IMG/VR virus record: IMGVR_UViG_3300038556_000050
Coordinates: 1 to 40,869 of that record
Direction: 5' to 3' (one strand)
DNA: 40,869 nucleotides
DNA from: a virus
Lineage: Duplodnaviria; Caudoviricetes
The stretch's first letter is position 1. The number at the start of each line of letters is the position of its first letter. The translations under genes and the position numbers were made by a program. Positions 9,005-18,408 of this stretch are shown one piece after another. The notes beneath the pieces were generated by a model. That model worked only from the letters and a program-made list of their open reading frames with translations, did not search any database and was not told where the DNA came from.

Positions 9005-10011
9005 CAGTCCAGCTGCTTAATGCTGTAGTTTGACGACCCCACATTGGTACTGATGAGGACGCCGTTCAAGAAACCAATCTGAGGATTCAAAAGGGCTTCC
9101 AGGTAGTCGGTTGTCCCGTTCAATACCACTTTCGCCGTGCATTCGATGCTGAAAAGGGCTTGGAAGCTTATCAGTACCGAGCGTTGGCACACTTGCGTGC
9201 TGCCGTTCTTTCTCAGAACCAGATATACCTGAGCACCTGTAGCAGCCACGGAAAAGGGGTTGATACTCAAGCCGAATGTTACTTCGTAGGTTTTCGATAC
9301 GCCATTCGTCGGTTGAAAGCGGCTTGTGGTTAGGCTGATGTAGTTTCCAAACGCAGCCGAGCTGGAGATGGTCGGCGCAACCGTGGTGCTGATAATTTTT
9401 AAGCCAGTGCCGGAGATCGTTTGGGAGGTTAGGGTTGTTTCCAGGAAGTTTGCAGTCGTGGCCGCTCCGCTTCCGCAGCCTGGTCCTGTACACGAACCGA
9501 GATAAGCGAAGGATGCAGAGATATTGCGGGCATTCAGGGCAGTGGCGCTCAGTACTTTGCTCGCGCTCACAACGTCTGCTGTCAGCACCATGCGGCTCTG
9601 AGGAGACGCGCTGTTAGACGTGACCGCGATGGCGCCAATGCTGGCAAAACTGACTTCGCTGCCGGTGCTATCTAAGCCATTCAAATAAATGGTACTGAGG
9701 TCCTGGTTTGCCGTGAGCGTATTGTCATTGTTGGTCAAGTACAGGTTCGGGTAACCAGGTTCACCCAAGGCGCCTGTAAGGGCTAAGCCGCCCTCATAGA
9801 AATAGGCGGTAGTTGTCCCCTGGATATTGACCTGAATCTGGTCATTGACACTGTTTGCTACAACACTTTCGGTACCGGAAACGATCCGATCGCCTTCGGC
9901 GCTACTGCTTCCGCCGTCTCCTCCCAACAGGCCTTGGAATAGATTGCCGCCGGCGTGAGCGTTGCCGACGATCGAACATAGTAGCGTCAGAAGGAGGACG
10001 AGGTTCTTCAT
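9004..10011 (-). CDS. Ser/Thr-rich fibre/receptor-binding-like protein with signal peptide and possible C1q/TNF-like C-terminal domain
   Basis: MKNLVLLLTLLCSIVGNAHA signal-like N-terminus; beta-rich; C-terminal YEVTFGL...LRKNGS...VVLNGTTDYLE; end of tail operon. Confidence 0.6.
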   Translation of the reverse strand: MKNLVLLLTLLCSIVGNAHAGGNLFQGLLGGDGGSSSAEGDRIVSGTESVVANSVNDQIQVNIQGTTTAYFYEGGLALTGALGEPGYPNLYLTNNDNTLTANQDLSTIYLNGLDSTGSEVSFASIGAIAVTSNSASPQSRMVLTADVVSASKVLSATALNARNISASFAYLGSCTGPGCGSGAATTANFLETTLTSQTISGTGLKIISTTVAPTISSSAAFGNYISLTTSRFQPTNGVSKTYEVTFGLSINPFSVAATGAQVYLVLRKNGSTQVCQRSVLISFQALFSIECTAKVVLNGTTDYLEALLNPQIGFLNGVLISTNVGSSNYSIKQLD

Positions 10012-10262
10012 TTCGGCTGGGCCACCCGTAAATCTGTGGGGACCGCGGCATAGTTGGTGCTGACCTTCATGGTACCGGCACCAGTGCCACTCACCTCAAC
10101 TACCGTTTCCTTGCTTGGATCGGTTTTGAAGATGATGGGTGTGCTGCTCACCTGCGAAGAGCGCACGATGTCGTTGTTGGTATCGATGACCAGAGCATTA
10201 GCCTCAAACAAAGTGAGGAGCGTCAACGCCGTGGTCGCCAGAAGTGGTTTTAAGCCTTTCAC
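10008..10262 (-). CDS. Small protein with signal-peptide-like N-terminus
   Basis: GTG start gives MKGLKPLLATTALTLLTLFEANA; ATGA-coupled to next gene. Confidence 0.55.
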   Translation of the reverse strand: MKGLKPLLATTALTLLTLFEANALVIDTNNDIVRSSQVSSTPIIFKTDPSKETVVEVSGTGAGTMKVSTNYAAVPTDLRVAQPK

Positions 10263-10319
10263 ATACCGAGCTTTCGTTGGTTGATTAAAACGCACACCAG
10301 TTTCGTGCGTCAAACTTTT

Positions 10320-11867
10320 TCATTGGCCAGCCATCGCGCGTAGACTCGTCTCGACCCGGCCCTGGCCCATCTTCTTGCCGGCCATCTTGGCCAGAGAAGC
10401 CCCAACCAAGGTCGCGCCTCCCGTCGAGATCCCGGTAGAGCCAGCCACAAGCAGGTTCAGCATCGGTCCCATGATCCCGTTGTTCTTGATGTCGGTGATG
10501 TCCACCCCGGCCTTGCCAACCAGGTTGAGAAGCCCCTCGCCTTGTGATGGGAAAGCCGCAGCCCGCAGCAGCTTGATCTGTTCCGGAGTGAAGCCGCGCA
10601 GTTTCTTCTCGGCGCCGGGCCGGAACCATGAGCGCAGCGAGGTACGGACCTTGTTGATGTCGCCATCCGCGAATTCCACGACTTTACGGAAATCGTCGAA
10701 GCGTTTGAATTTGCTGTAGTCGCCGAGGTATTTGTAGAGTGTCTGCACGTTTTCGGTTGAGCCCATCGTCAGGTCCTTGTCGCTGAGGCCTTCAACCCAA
10801 TCATCGAACTTCGCCAACAAGGAGGTCGCCTTGGCAGCATCCGCCTTCCCGTCCGGCTTCGCATAATTCCGGGAGATGAACTGGCCGATGGTTTGACGGA
10901 CCTGATGGATCTTATCGAGCGTGATGGGTTTGTTTTTGTAGCTCTTGAGGTCCTCGAGAACTGCGATCGTGTCGCCGTAGAGCTTCTGGGCCGCGCTCCC
11001 AGCCAAGTCGCCCTCACCCTCCAGTTCCGTGACGATCTTATCGATGCCGGCGTTAGTCGCCTTCTTCGAAACTGTCGTCCCGGTCTTATTAGCGGCCTTG
11101 AGCGTGGCGTCGGCCTGATTGGCAAGCGCCTGTCCGACCTGCTGCCATTCCTCTGCGGTCTTGGTACCGAAGCCCTTCCGGATCGCCTTGACGCCTTCGG
11201 AGACCTCGCTGGCGACCTTGGTACCGCCGCGCACCGCGCCGCCGGTCGCGCCGCCAACGGCGATGTTCTGAAGCTTGCTGTCACCGCTGCCCGTCGGCGC
11301 GTTGGCGCCCTCGACCCCGCCCAGCGCGGCTGCGCCGGCAATGGTCGTCTTAATAGCTTGTGGAGCCCGCGCCACGGGGGTGGTTACGATGGCACCAGCC
11401 ACGTTCCCGGCTAGGGCGGAGAGCTTGCCAGCGGTGCCGAGCCTATCGACCCGTGCGCGGCTCTCGTCTACCGCTTCCGTGGCCCGCCTCTCGACCCCTT
11501 CAGCTGCCTGCCGCAGTTTGCCTGTTGAATAGGAGCCGTCCGGGTTCAGGGTATCGCCCGGAGATGGACCACCGATGCCGAAGATGTCCGGTGGGGATGT
11601 GAGCTGCGCCAGCGTCTGGATCACGCCAAGCCCGGCCTGCCCGACACCTTCAACCAACCCCTTGGCAGAACGCGCCGCGGTGGAGCCCTCCGGTTTCTCT
11701 TCGGCCTTGGGGGCTTCCGCCTTTGGGGCCTCCGGTTTGAACGCCCGAATCTCTTCCAGCGTGACACCCTCAGACGCGATATAGGCGTCGATATCCTCTT
11801 CGGGGGCTCCCACCCCGACCATCTTCGCTACGTTGCGTTTGATTCGGGCCAGGTCATTCGAGGCCAT
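10320..11867 (-). CDS. Internal virion / DNA ejection protein
   Basis: 515 aa, Ala/Gly-rich helical, third of three such genes after the tail hub, as in P22-like gene order. Confidence 0.65.
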   Translation of the reverse strand: MASNDLARIKRNVAKMVGVGAPEEDIDAYIASEGVTLEEIRAFKPEAPKAEAPKAEEKPEGSTAARSAKGLVEGVGQAGLGVIQTLAQLTSPPDIFGIGGPSPGDTLNPDGSYSTGKLRQAAEGVERRATEAVDESRARVDRLGTAGKLSALAGNVAGAIVTTPVARAPQAIKTTIAGAAALGGVEGANAPTGSGDSKLQNIAVGGATGGAVRGGTKVASEVSEGVKAIRKGFGTKTAEEWQQVGQALANQADATLKAANKTGTTVSKKATNAGIDKIVTELEGEGDLAGSAAQKLYGDTIAVLEDLKSYKNKPITLDKIHQVRQTIGQFISRNYAKPDGKADAAKATSLLAKFDDWVEGLSDKDLTMGSTENVQTLYKYLGDYSKFKRFDDFRKVVEFADGDINKVRTSLRSWFRPGAEKKLRGFTPEQIKLLRAAAFPSQGEGLLNLVGKAGVDITDIKNNGIMGPMLNLLVAGSTGISTGGATLVGASLAKMAGKKMGQGRVETSLRAMAGQ

Positions 11868-13113
11868 ACTTGGCTTTCAGCTCTTGACCGCGTTGTGCCT
11901 CATCGATTGCTGGGCCTCCAGGGCCTGCGACCACCTTCACACCATCAAGGGCACGCTGACGAGCCTCAGATTTGAGCTTGACGGTTTCAGGCTTGTCTCC
12001 TGGCATTGGGAAGTACATCGGACCGTACAACTGGAACTCCTCTCTCGTGATAGCCGCACCGGTATCGCCGCGAAGGATGCCGGCGAGAAATTCCTTTTGG
12101 GCCTGGAAGTACTTTTGCGCGTCGGCCGACAAGGAGGCGTTGGCTGCCGCCCCTGCTCCCGGCACCAAGCTCAGAATCCCGCCCTCGCCCTCGGCGATGT
12201 TCTTGAGGCCGGCGCTCCAAAGGCTGGTCGGATTGAATTCCTTACTCCCTTCTAGCCCGCTGAGGGTCTGCATCGCACCCTGCATGCGGAGACCGAAGTT
12301 GGTATTCTTGCTCTGCGCTTCGGTCATCTTGACCGGCTTAGCGCCAGGCGCCGCTCCTGAAGCCGGGCTTGGGGCAGACGAAGGCGCCGCCGCTGGAGCG
12401 GGGCTCCGGATCGCGTTGGCCCGTGCCTGCTCGGTCTCCAGATCGGCAGTGAGGTTGTCGTTCTTGAGCTGCGCGTTGGCTTGTTCAAGCCGCTGAACGG
12501 ATCGAGCAGCATAAGCCTCCGGCGCGTAGGCCTTCAGCATCGCGTCTACTGGAACAGGATTCGGGTCCATGACCAACGAACCGTCCTGCCCTTTACCGTA
12601 AGCCTGGATAACGTCAACGCCGCTGATGTTGACGACCTTGGCGCCGTCGATCGGCACGCCGATACGGCTTTGCAGGAGCTTCGCGCTGCCCGGATTCGCC
12701 GCCAGCCAGTTCGGGACGCCGCTTTCATCGCCGAGCTGGGCCTGTTCGAGAGCTTGAGCGAGCTGGGCACCGCTCTGGGTCGCCTCGACGTGGGCCATGG
12801 CTGCCTCTTCAATGGCTCCCTGACGCTGTTTCAGCTTCATCTCGTAGTCCAGCAGCTCGCGCATTTGCTGATTGTTGATGTCCCGCTGAACCTGTGCTTT
12901 GCCCTTCTTGGTCAGCGCGACCCCGCCAGTAATCCCCTTGAGGAGAGCTGATACCGGGTCGCTGGCTTGGAAGCCGTTCGCGATCTCCGCCAAAGAGGAG
13001 GCGGCGACATCATCGCTGGTTTGCTGGGAGTTCAGTGTCTGAAGGTTCTGCATCGGGTTGCCGCCCTTTGCGAGCTTCAGGATATCCATTGTGCTGTATT
13101 CGCCGGTTGCCAT
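11854..13113 (-). CDS. Internal virion / DNA ejection protein
   Basis: 419 aa Ala/Gln-rich; ILRGDTGAAIT...YFPMPGD C-terminal motif; synteny. Confidence 0.65.
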   Translation of the reverse strand: MATGEYSTMDILKLAKGGNPMQNLQTLNSQQTSDDVAASSLAEIANGFQASDPVSALLKGITGGVALTKKGKAQVQRDINNQQMRELLDYEMKLKQRQGAIEEAAMAHVEATQSGAQLAQALEQAQLGDESGVPNWLAANPGSAKLLQSRIGVPIDGAKVVNISGVDVIQAYGKGQDGSLVMDPNPVPVDAMLKAYAPEAYAARSVQRLEQANAQLKNDNLTADLETEQARANAIRSPAPAAAPSSAPSPASGAAPGAKPVKMTEAQSKNTNFGLRMQGAMQTLSGLEGSKEFNPTSLWSAGLKNIAEGEGGILSLVPGAGAAANASLSADAQKYFQAQKEFLAGILRGDTGAAITREEFQLYGPMYFPMPGDKPETVKLKSEARQRALDGVKVVAGPGGPAIDEAQRGQELKAKYGLE

Positions 13114-13116
13114 TCG

Positions 13117-13902
13117 TCACCTCATACCCATAGCAGAGAACCCCGCACCAGCGGATGCGCCGGCCATCGGGCCGCCCAAGGCATAAGCGCCGAGAGTCGC
13201 AAGTGCGGCTAGGTTGTTGAATTTATTTCCTGCGTTCTGCGCGTTGATGGCGTTTGCATTCTGCTGGGCGCCATAGATCGCAAGGCTACGATTCTGCTGA
13301 AGACTGGCATCGCTCAACTGGAACTGCTGAGAGCGACCGAGGGACTGCGTAAGCTGACCAAGCTGGGTATCCATCCGGCCTGTCGCAAGTGAGTACAGGT
13401 TCGAGGCGTTGCCCAGCTCGTTTTCCCGAACGCCCTGCTCAATAGAAGAAAGGTCTCGGTTTATCTGCCCGCGGCTATCAGTGTAATCCTGACCGCGTTG
13501 AGCGCGGGCTACATTCCCCGCGGTGCTGTCCGCCTGTCCGTATCGGGCTAAGGTGCGTTCTTCTTGGCCCGTTCGATCGGCCATAGCCGCATCTAGACCC
13601 TTTACCTGCGTCGTCTCGTAATCAGCCAGGTACTGATCTAGCCAGGGAATCTGGGACCGGTCGTAGTTGGTCGAGAGCTTCTCGATCCAGCCAAGGCTTT
13701 CATCGGCGATGGATTTAAGCTTGTCCTCGTAGGCCTGCTGTTCCGGCGTTAGAGGCAGCCGGGTCGTCACCAGCGTCTTGGTGCCGTCCGGGTTTGTGAC
13801 ATAGGTGGATTGAGTCCCACCGATTTCATCGCGTGTGTCGACATATTGTGGCGGCGGCGGATCAGCCGGTGCAGAAGCTTTGGGCGAACTAAAGAGACTC
13901 AC
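13117..13902 (-). CDS. Internal virion / pilot protein (P22 gp7-like position)
   Basis: GTG 13902 gives MSLFSSPKASAPADPPPP; Gln/Asn-rich; Gly/Ala hydrophobic C-terminus. Confidence 0.65.
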   Translation of the reverse strand: MSLFSSPKASAPADPPPPQYVDTRDEIGGTQSTYVTNPDGTKTLVTTRLPLTPEQQAYEDKLKSIADESLGWIEKLSTNYDRSQIPWLDQYLADYETTQVKGLDAAMADRTGQEERTLARYGQADSTAGNVARAQRGQDYTDSRGQINRDLSSIEQGVRENELGNASNLYSLATGRMDTQLGQLTQSLGRSQQFQLSDASLQQNRSLAIYGAQQNANAINAQNAGNKFNNLAALATLGAYALGGPMAGASAGAGFSAMGMR

Positions 13903-14257
13903 GCATGCCGAACTTTCCTTCGTACTCTGCCTTGGGCAGAAGCACGTCCCCATCATCATAGGTGAGGTTGAATCCAAGTGACAACAGGCTTGCGAGGGTC
14001 TTCGGGTTTGAGAGACCCATGCGCAGCCTCGTCACCCCAAAGTCTTTGAAGGGCATCTCGAACATCTCGCGGATATGGCCTCGCGTCACAAGCCGCCCTT
14101 GCCACTCGGGGGCGATTGCGACGCTCAGGCTGCACTCATCCTCACGGAAGTCATGATAGGCGATCCACATGATGACCTCGCCGTCGGTGTTCTGGATGAT
14201 GTAACTTCTGGCCGACATCAGCTTGCGCGCTGAGCTGAGCTGATCTTGAGGATGCAC
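13889..14257 (-). CDS. GNAT-fold phage protein (P22 gp14-like position); 5' end possibly frameshifted
   Basis: SVAIAPEWQGR...MFEMPFKDFGVTRL...LLSLGF; directly upstream of ejection genes. Confidence 0.65.
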   Translation of the reverse strand: MHPQDQLSSARKLMSARSYIIQNTDGEVIMWIAYHDFREDECSLSVAIAPEWQGRLVTRGHIREMFEMPFKDFGVTRLRMGLSNPKTLASLLSLGFNLTYDDGDVLLPKAEYEGKFGMRESL

Positions 14258-14318
14258 CAGCCCGCATTTGCTCAGCAGCCGATGGATTCGAAGTTGAGAT
14301 GCGTGGCGAGGGTGAAGA

Positions 14319-15206
14319 TCATTTGCCGATCGCGAAGTAAACGAATCCGGTGTCGTTACCGGCGTTTGTAGTGTTCCCTACCCTGACCGTGATCGCGGAT
14401 GTGCTGCAGGAGGTCGCGAGGGACTGAGAGCCATTAATACTGCCGTCATCAGCGACGTTCGCGAATGAGTAGAAGCAAGAGTTTGGGAATGCTTTGGAGA
14501 AGTTGGCTGAACCCGTACCGTTATTCGTTGCGGTCATCGTCCCAGATCCCCACTGCAGGATATAACCACCAGCGAATTCGCAGCGGCCTGTCGTGGTACC
14601 CGTGCAGTTGGCCAACGACAGGGCTGTTGCAAACAACTTGTTGTCCGTCCCAGAAATGATTGTTGAGGCAGACGCAGCACCGAACGCGGAGCCACCAAGC
14701 GTGATCGATCCCGCCTGCAGCGTGGTAACGCTGGCGTTCGTCGTCGAGACCAAAGAGGTTGAGATCCCGGCATTGGCGACAAGGAGCCCAGCCGACGCAA
14801 TGTAATTCGAAGTTACACCAGCCGTCGTGAACGAGATCGTCGTGGCGCTGTTTGTGTAGACGCCGGTTGAGCCGCTCGCGATGCTGGTCTGACTTAGGTT
14901 TAGCGAGGCCCATGTGGCAGATGTGCCATTATTGGTGAGGTACTTGTCTGCATTGCCCGATACTGACGGCGGTGTCCGGACATCCAGCTCATTCAGCGCC
15001 TGGTAGGCCTTGTTGAAATCGCCATCGACCTTCGCCGAGGAGATAGCGGTATGGTTCGCACTATCCGTTTGATATTTCGTGGTGTTGACGGAGTGATTTG
15101 AGGGCGTGTAGGCCCCCGCAGGGCGCTCATATGTGGCGGCGAAGGCCAATGACTTGAGCGGTACGAGAAATGCAACGAGAGTGCAGGTCAACTTCCAGTT
15201 TTTCAC
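14319..15206 (-). CDS. Tail fibre/needle-like protein with signal-peptide-like N-terminus
   Basis: AISSAKVDGDFNKAYQALN attachment-like segment, C-terminal GGYILQWG...FSKAFPNSC...YFAIGK typical of small phage fibre tip domains. Confidence 0.7.
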   Translation of the reverse strand: MKNWKLTCTLVAFLVPLKSLAFAATYERPAGAYTPSNHSVNTTKYQTDSANHTAISSAKVDGDFNKAYQALNELDVRTPPSVSGNADKYLTNNGTSATWASLNLSQTSIASGSTGVYTNSATTISFTTAGVTSNYIASAGLLVANAGISTSLVSTTNASVTTLQAGSITLGGSAFGAASASTIISGTDNKLFATALSLANCTGTTTGRCEFAGGYILQWGSGTMTATNNGTGSANFSKAFPNSCFYSFANVADDGSINGSQSLATSCSTSAITVRVGNTTNAGNDTGFVYFAIGK

Positions 15207-15210
15207 ATAC

Positions 15211-17037
15211 TTACCTCCCTATTGGTCGAACGGCGAGAACAGCGAGAGGTCCCGTCGTGGTTTCATGTCTGAGTCTAAATGAAAATGCCTCGGCCAGGAA
15301 TTTATCTTCTTCAAACGGATTCACGGGGGAGCCGTCGAAGTATGCCTCATCCCACATCGATTCATCCCACTTCGCGCCGTCGCTCGTGACGTTGAACTGC
15401 GTTGTCACTGCGATGATGGAGTTGTAGTCGATGAAACGATCGACATAGAACTGCGCGAAAGCGGCATCCTCAAGAATGACCTGCCAGCCGACGTTGCTCC
15501 ATCTGCCGTTTGTCCCCGTGATCCATGGAGACCACCAGACACAAGCAATCGCTTCATCAGCGTCGGCATAGACCGTGCCAACCTCGCTATCGGCACCGTT
15601 GCCGTAGGCGTAGAGCTGGTCCCCGCGGGAGATAAGCAACCGTCCGTCTGACGTCGCACAGAACCCCGTCGCGTCGGCGAAATATCCTGTAAAGAGCACC
15701 CAGCCCTTGCTCTCCTCGCTCAGGACGTAAATCAGCAGTCCATCGTCATCGAGCTTGAAGCCATACAGCCCGTCCACTTCGGAATAAAAGGACCGGGCTT
15801 TCTTGTAGGCGGCATCTTCGGACAAGAGGACCTTTATCTTCGCCTGGACGGTCGGATCGATGTCCGAACCAAGATCGTGGTTGACCTCCAGCCCCTCCGT
15901 CTCAAAAACGCGACGAAGGGAGCGCGCACCGTAAGGGGTCATGAAAAGCGTGTCGGACGGGAACGGCTGTATGAGCTTGCCATGCACCGTACCGACCGGG
16001 ATGGTTTTGAGCCAGACGAAGCCGCCGGCAGTAAATGGATCGAGCCCCGTGTAGACGATGAGGTGCCGACGAGCGTGGAAGCAGATGTTCTGGTCGATGC
16101 TGGAGATACCAACCAGCTCATCAAACTTCTTCACCTTGTTGGCGAGGTTGATATAGCGGATCTCCTGGTTGGCGCCCGTTCCCTCATAGAAGAACCATGA
16201 GTTCTCGTTGTTGGTGGCGTCCTGATGGTAGACCTTCATCCCGTCGGCACCGCGGAACTGCTTGGCCTTCAACTGGCCGCCTGACAGGCCCCACAGCATA
16301 TCCAGCTCGGCGAACATGAAGCTGAAGGGTGGCGGCTGGTCGAAGTACTCGACGGTTTCCACGGTCTCGCTTGGGGTGGGAAACGGTGTGCCGACGACGT
16401 TGATGGTCAGGACATTGGTGCCGGAATCGTAGGAGGTCGAGGCGACAACCGCGGCGACCACGCCCTCGGTCTCGAAGGTGACCCGGATCTCCCGGCCATT
16501 CGGATAGTCTCCAGCTGCCCGGCCCGTACCCGGCTTCAGGGTGATCTGGCTGGTGCTGTTCTGCGTATAGTCCTCGGCCAGGTTGTCGCTGACGAACTCC
16601 CCGAGATCGGTGCAATCCACGCCGTCCCAGCTGAAGTTATTGTCCAAGCCATTGAAAAAGATGAGCTTGCTGTTGAAAGGCAGGCATCCAACCGACCCCA
16701 ACACGTTCAGCCCCGTCTTAATGTTGGTGTAGTTCCCTGTGCCCTGGTCGAACGTTCTAAGCGAACCATCCTCGCAATACACGATTGACTGCACGGTGCC
16801 ATCGCTCTTGATGAACTCGAAGGTATCGAGGATGGCGCTGCCGGCGGCATCCCCGATCGGTCCCATGCCGAACCGCTTCGCCCCGCTCCCGGCCTTGTTC
16901 ACGTTCGGGATGATGTTCTCGATAAGACGGGAGTACTTGTCCTTGACCAACAGCGTCGGCGAAACGGCGGTATTGAGCAGCTGACGAGGGAAGAGCGTCA
17001 GGAGCCGCCCGTCGTAAAGGCCCTGCCGCACGCTCAA
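15211..17037 (-). CDS. Tail hub/nozzle (P22 gp10-like) protein
   Basis: 608 aa beta-propeller-like, KWDESMWDEAYF near C-terminus, follows adaptor gene. Confidence 0.7.
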   Translation of the reverse strand: MSVRQGLYDGRLLTLFPRQLLNTAVSPTLLVKDKYSRLIENIIPNVNKAGSGAKRFGMGPIGDAAGSAILDTFEFIKSDGTVQSIVYCEDGSLRTFDQGTGNYTNIKTGLNVLGSVGCLPFNSKLIFFNGLDNNFSWDGVDCTDLGEFVSDNLAEDYTQNSTSQITLKPGTGRAAGDYPNGREIRVTFETEGVVAAVVASTSYDSGTNVLTINVVGTPFPTPSETVETVEYFDQPPPFSFMFAELDMLWGLSGGQLKAKQFRGADGMKVYHQDATNNENSWFFYEGTGANQEIRYINLANKVKKFDELVGISSIDQNICFHARRHLIVYTGLDPFTAGGFVWLKTIPVGTVHGKLIQPFPSDTLFMTPYGARSLRRVFETEGLEVNHDLGSDIDPTVQAKIKVLLSEDAAYKKARSFYSEVDGLYGFKLDDDGLLIYVLSEESKGWVLFTGYFADATGFCATSDGRLLISRGDQLYAYGNGADSEVGTVYADADEAIACVWWSPWITGTNGRWSNVGWQVILEDAAFAQFYVDRFIDYNSIIAVTTQFNVTSDGAKWDESMWDEAYFDGSPVNPFEEDKFLAEAFSFRLRHETTTGPLAVLAVRPIGR

Positions 17038-17672
17038 CCCAGATAGCTTTCAACGTGTTTTACCGCTTGGGGGTACTTGGCGTCGTAATGGGCGAAGATA
17101 CGGTCCCACAGCTCCTTGCAGGCCTTGTCGTTGTAGGCAAGTTCGGCGCCGACGATCTTGTCGCGCTCGTCATATGCCATGAGCTTAAGGGATTCCCAGA
17201 CATAGACGCTATGGAACACGCTGGGCAGGAAGAAATCAGCCTCCTCGCTGGATTCGTCCACCTCTTCCGGCAGTGGCGTGAAGCTCACCTGAGCATTGGT
17301 ATCGTTCTTCGGGTGCAGGCGAAGGCCGGTCTTTCCTGATTGATAGTATTCGTCCGGTGCGCCTTCGTCATCGAGGCCGGGGTCCTTTTCCTGCACCGCA
17401 CTTATATCGGTTGGCGTCAATTCGTTGTAGTCGTTATCCGCATCCCGGACGCCGAGGATATGCAGCGGCTCAGGGCTTAGGACACCCACGCCAGCGGTGA
17501 TGGCAACGGTCTGGAACTCCTGAGCTGCTACCGGGCAGAAGGACGTGACCTTCTCGTAGACATCCTTCACGGCCATGTTGAGGTAGCTGTAGACCTTCGT
17601 ATTGTCCGTCGAGCTGGTCGCCCCGATCAGCGCCAGACTCTTGATGCGTTCGACGATGGCAGCAGGCGTCAC
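17034..17672 (-). CDS. Head-tail adaptor (P22 gp4-like position)
   Basis: 212 aa; GAPDEYY...LRLHP, LPSVFH motifs of podovirus adaptors; synteny. Confidence 0.7.
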   Translation of the reverse strand: MTPAAIVERIKSLALIGATSSTDNTKVYSYLNMAVKDVYEKVTSFCPVAAQEFQTVAITAGVGVLSPEPLHILGVRDADNDYNELTPTDISAVQEKDPGLDDEGAPDEYYQSGKTGLRLHPKNDTNAQVSFTPLPEEVDESSEEADFFLPSVFHSVYVWESLKLMAYDERDKIVGAELAYNDKACKELWDRIFAHYDAKYPQAVKHVESYLG

Positions 17673-17717
17673 GTTCCTTCTTTCAATTAGTTAGGGGCCT
17701 ATAGCCGCCCCTTTGGC

Positions 17718-18089
17718 TTAGGGCTTGTAGACAACAATGCCCTTGATCACGTCGCCAGCAGCCAAGGTGCCGCTCGTCGCAACCGAACCACTCACGGTCA
17801 GTACACCGTTCGTCACGCTCACGATCGCCGGTTTGAGGGCGCCCAGAGAGCTGTAGACATTGATGTGCGTACCGCGGATGTTCGAGCGACCACGCGGCGC
17901 CGGCAGATCCATGGTCACGCCGTTGGTGGGGCTGACCACGGTTGCTTCGACGTAACCGATCTCAGGAGACTCGCCGACCGGCTTCACTGCCACGCGGGAG
18001 TTTACGGTAAGGCCCGAATCCGCCGCCTGGACGGCGCCGATGAAGGCGCCGACCAGAGCAACGGTGGCGAGCAAGGATTTGATGTTCAT
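17718..18089 (-). CDS. Putative capsid decoration-like protein with signal peptide
   Basis: MNIKSLLATVALVGAFIGAVQA signal; beta-rich; C-terminus resembles neighbouring 96-aa protein. Confidence 0.6.
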   Translation of the reverse strand: MNIKSLLATVALVGAFIGAVQAADSGLTVNSRVAVKPVGESPEIGYVEATVVSPTNGVTMDLPAPRGRSNIRGTHINVYSSLGALKPAIVSVTNGVLTVSGSVATSGTLAAGDVIKGIVVYKP

Positions 18090-18104
18090 GTCCTTGCCCT
18101 CCCC

Positions 18105-18395
18105 TTAGGTGTTGTAGCCGACAACGGTGAGGAAGATAGTCTCACCTGTCGCCAAGCCGGAGTCCACGACAGTCACGGTGCTGCCGGAGAAAGTGACCGC
18201 GCCCTGTGGGACACGGATCACGTTCGTAGCACTGCGGATCAGCGCCTTCGTCACCTCTTTGATGGTGCCGATGTCGCTGACGCTCACAGCCGCTTGGTTG
18301 GCGGTGTTGTCGTCGGCGGTTGTGGTGTAGGCCACTTCCTTGACCAGCGCATCGCGGTCAACAGTGCCGTTTTGATAAGCCACTACAGATTTCAT
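18105..18395 (-). CDS. Putative capsid decoration protein
   Basis: Small Thr/Val-rich protein right after capsid gene; AGGAGG RBS. Confidence 0.65.
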   Translation of the reverse strand: MKSVVAYQNGTVDRDALVKEVAYTTTADDNTANQAAVSVSDIGTIKEVTKALIRSATNVIRVPQGAVTFSGSTVTVVDSGLATGETIFLTVVGYNT

Positions 18396-18408
18396 GACTT
18401 AGCCCTCC

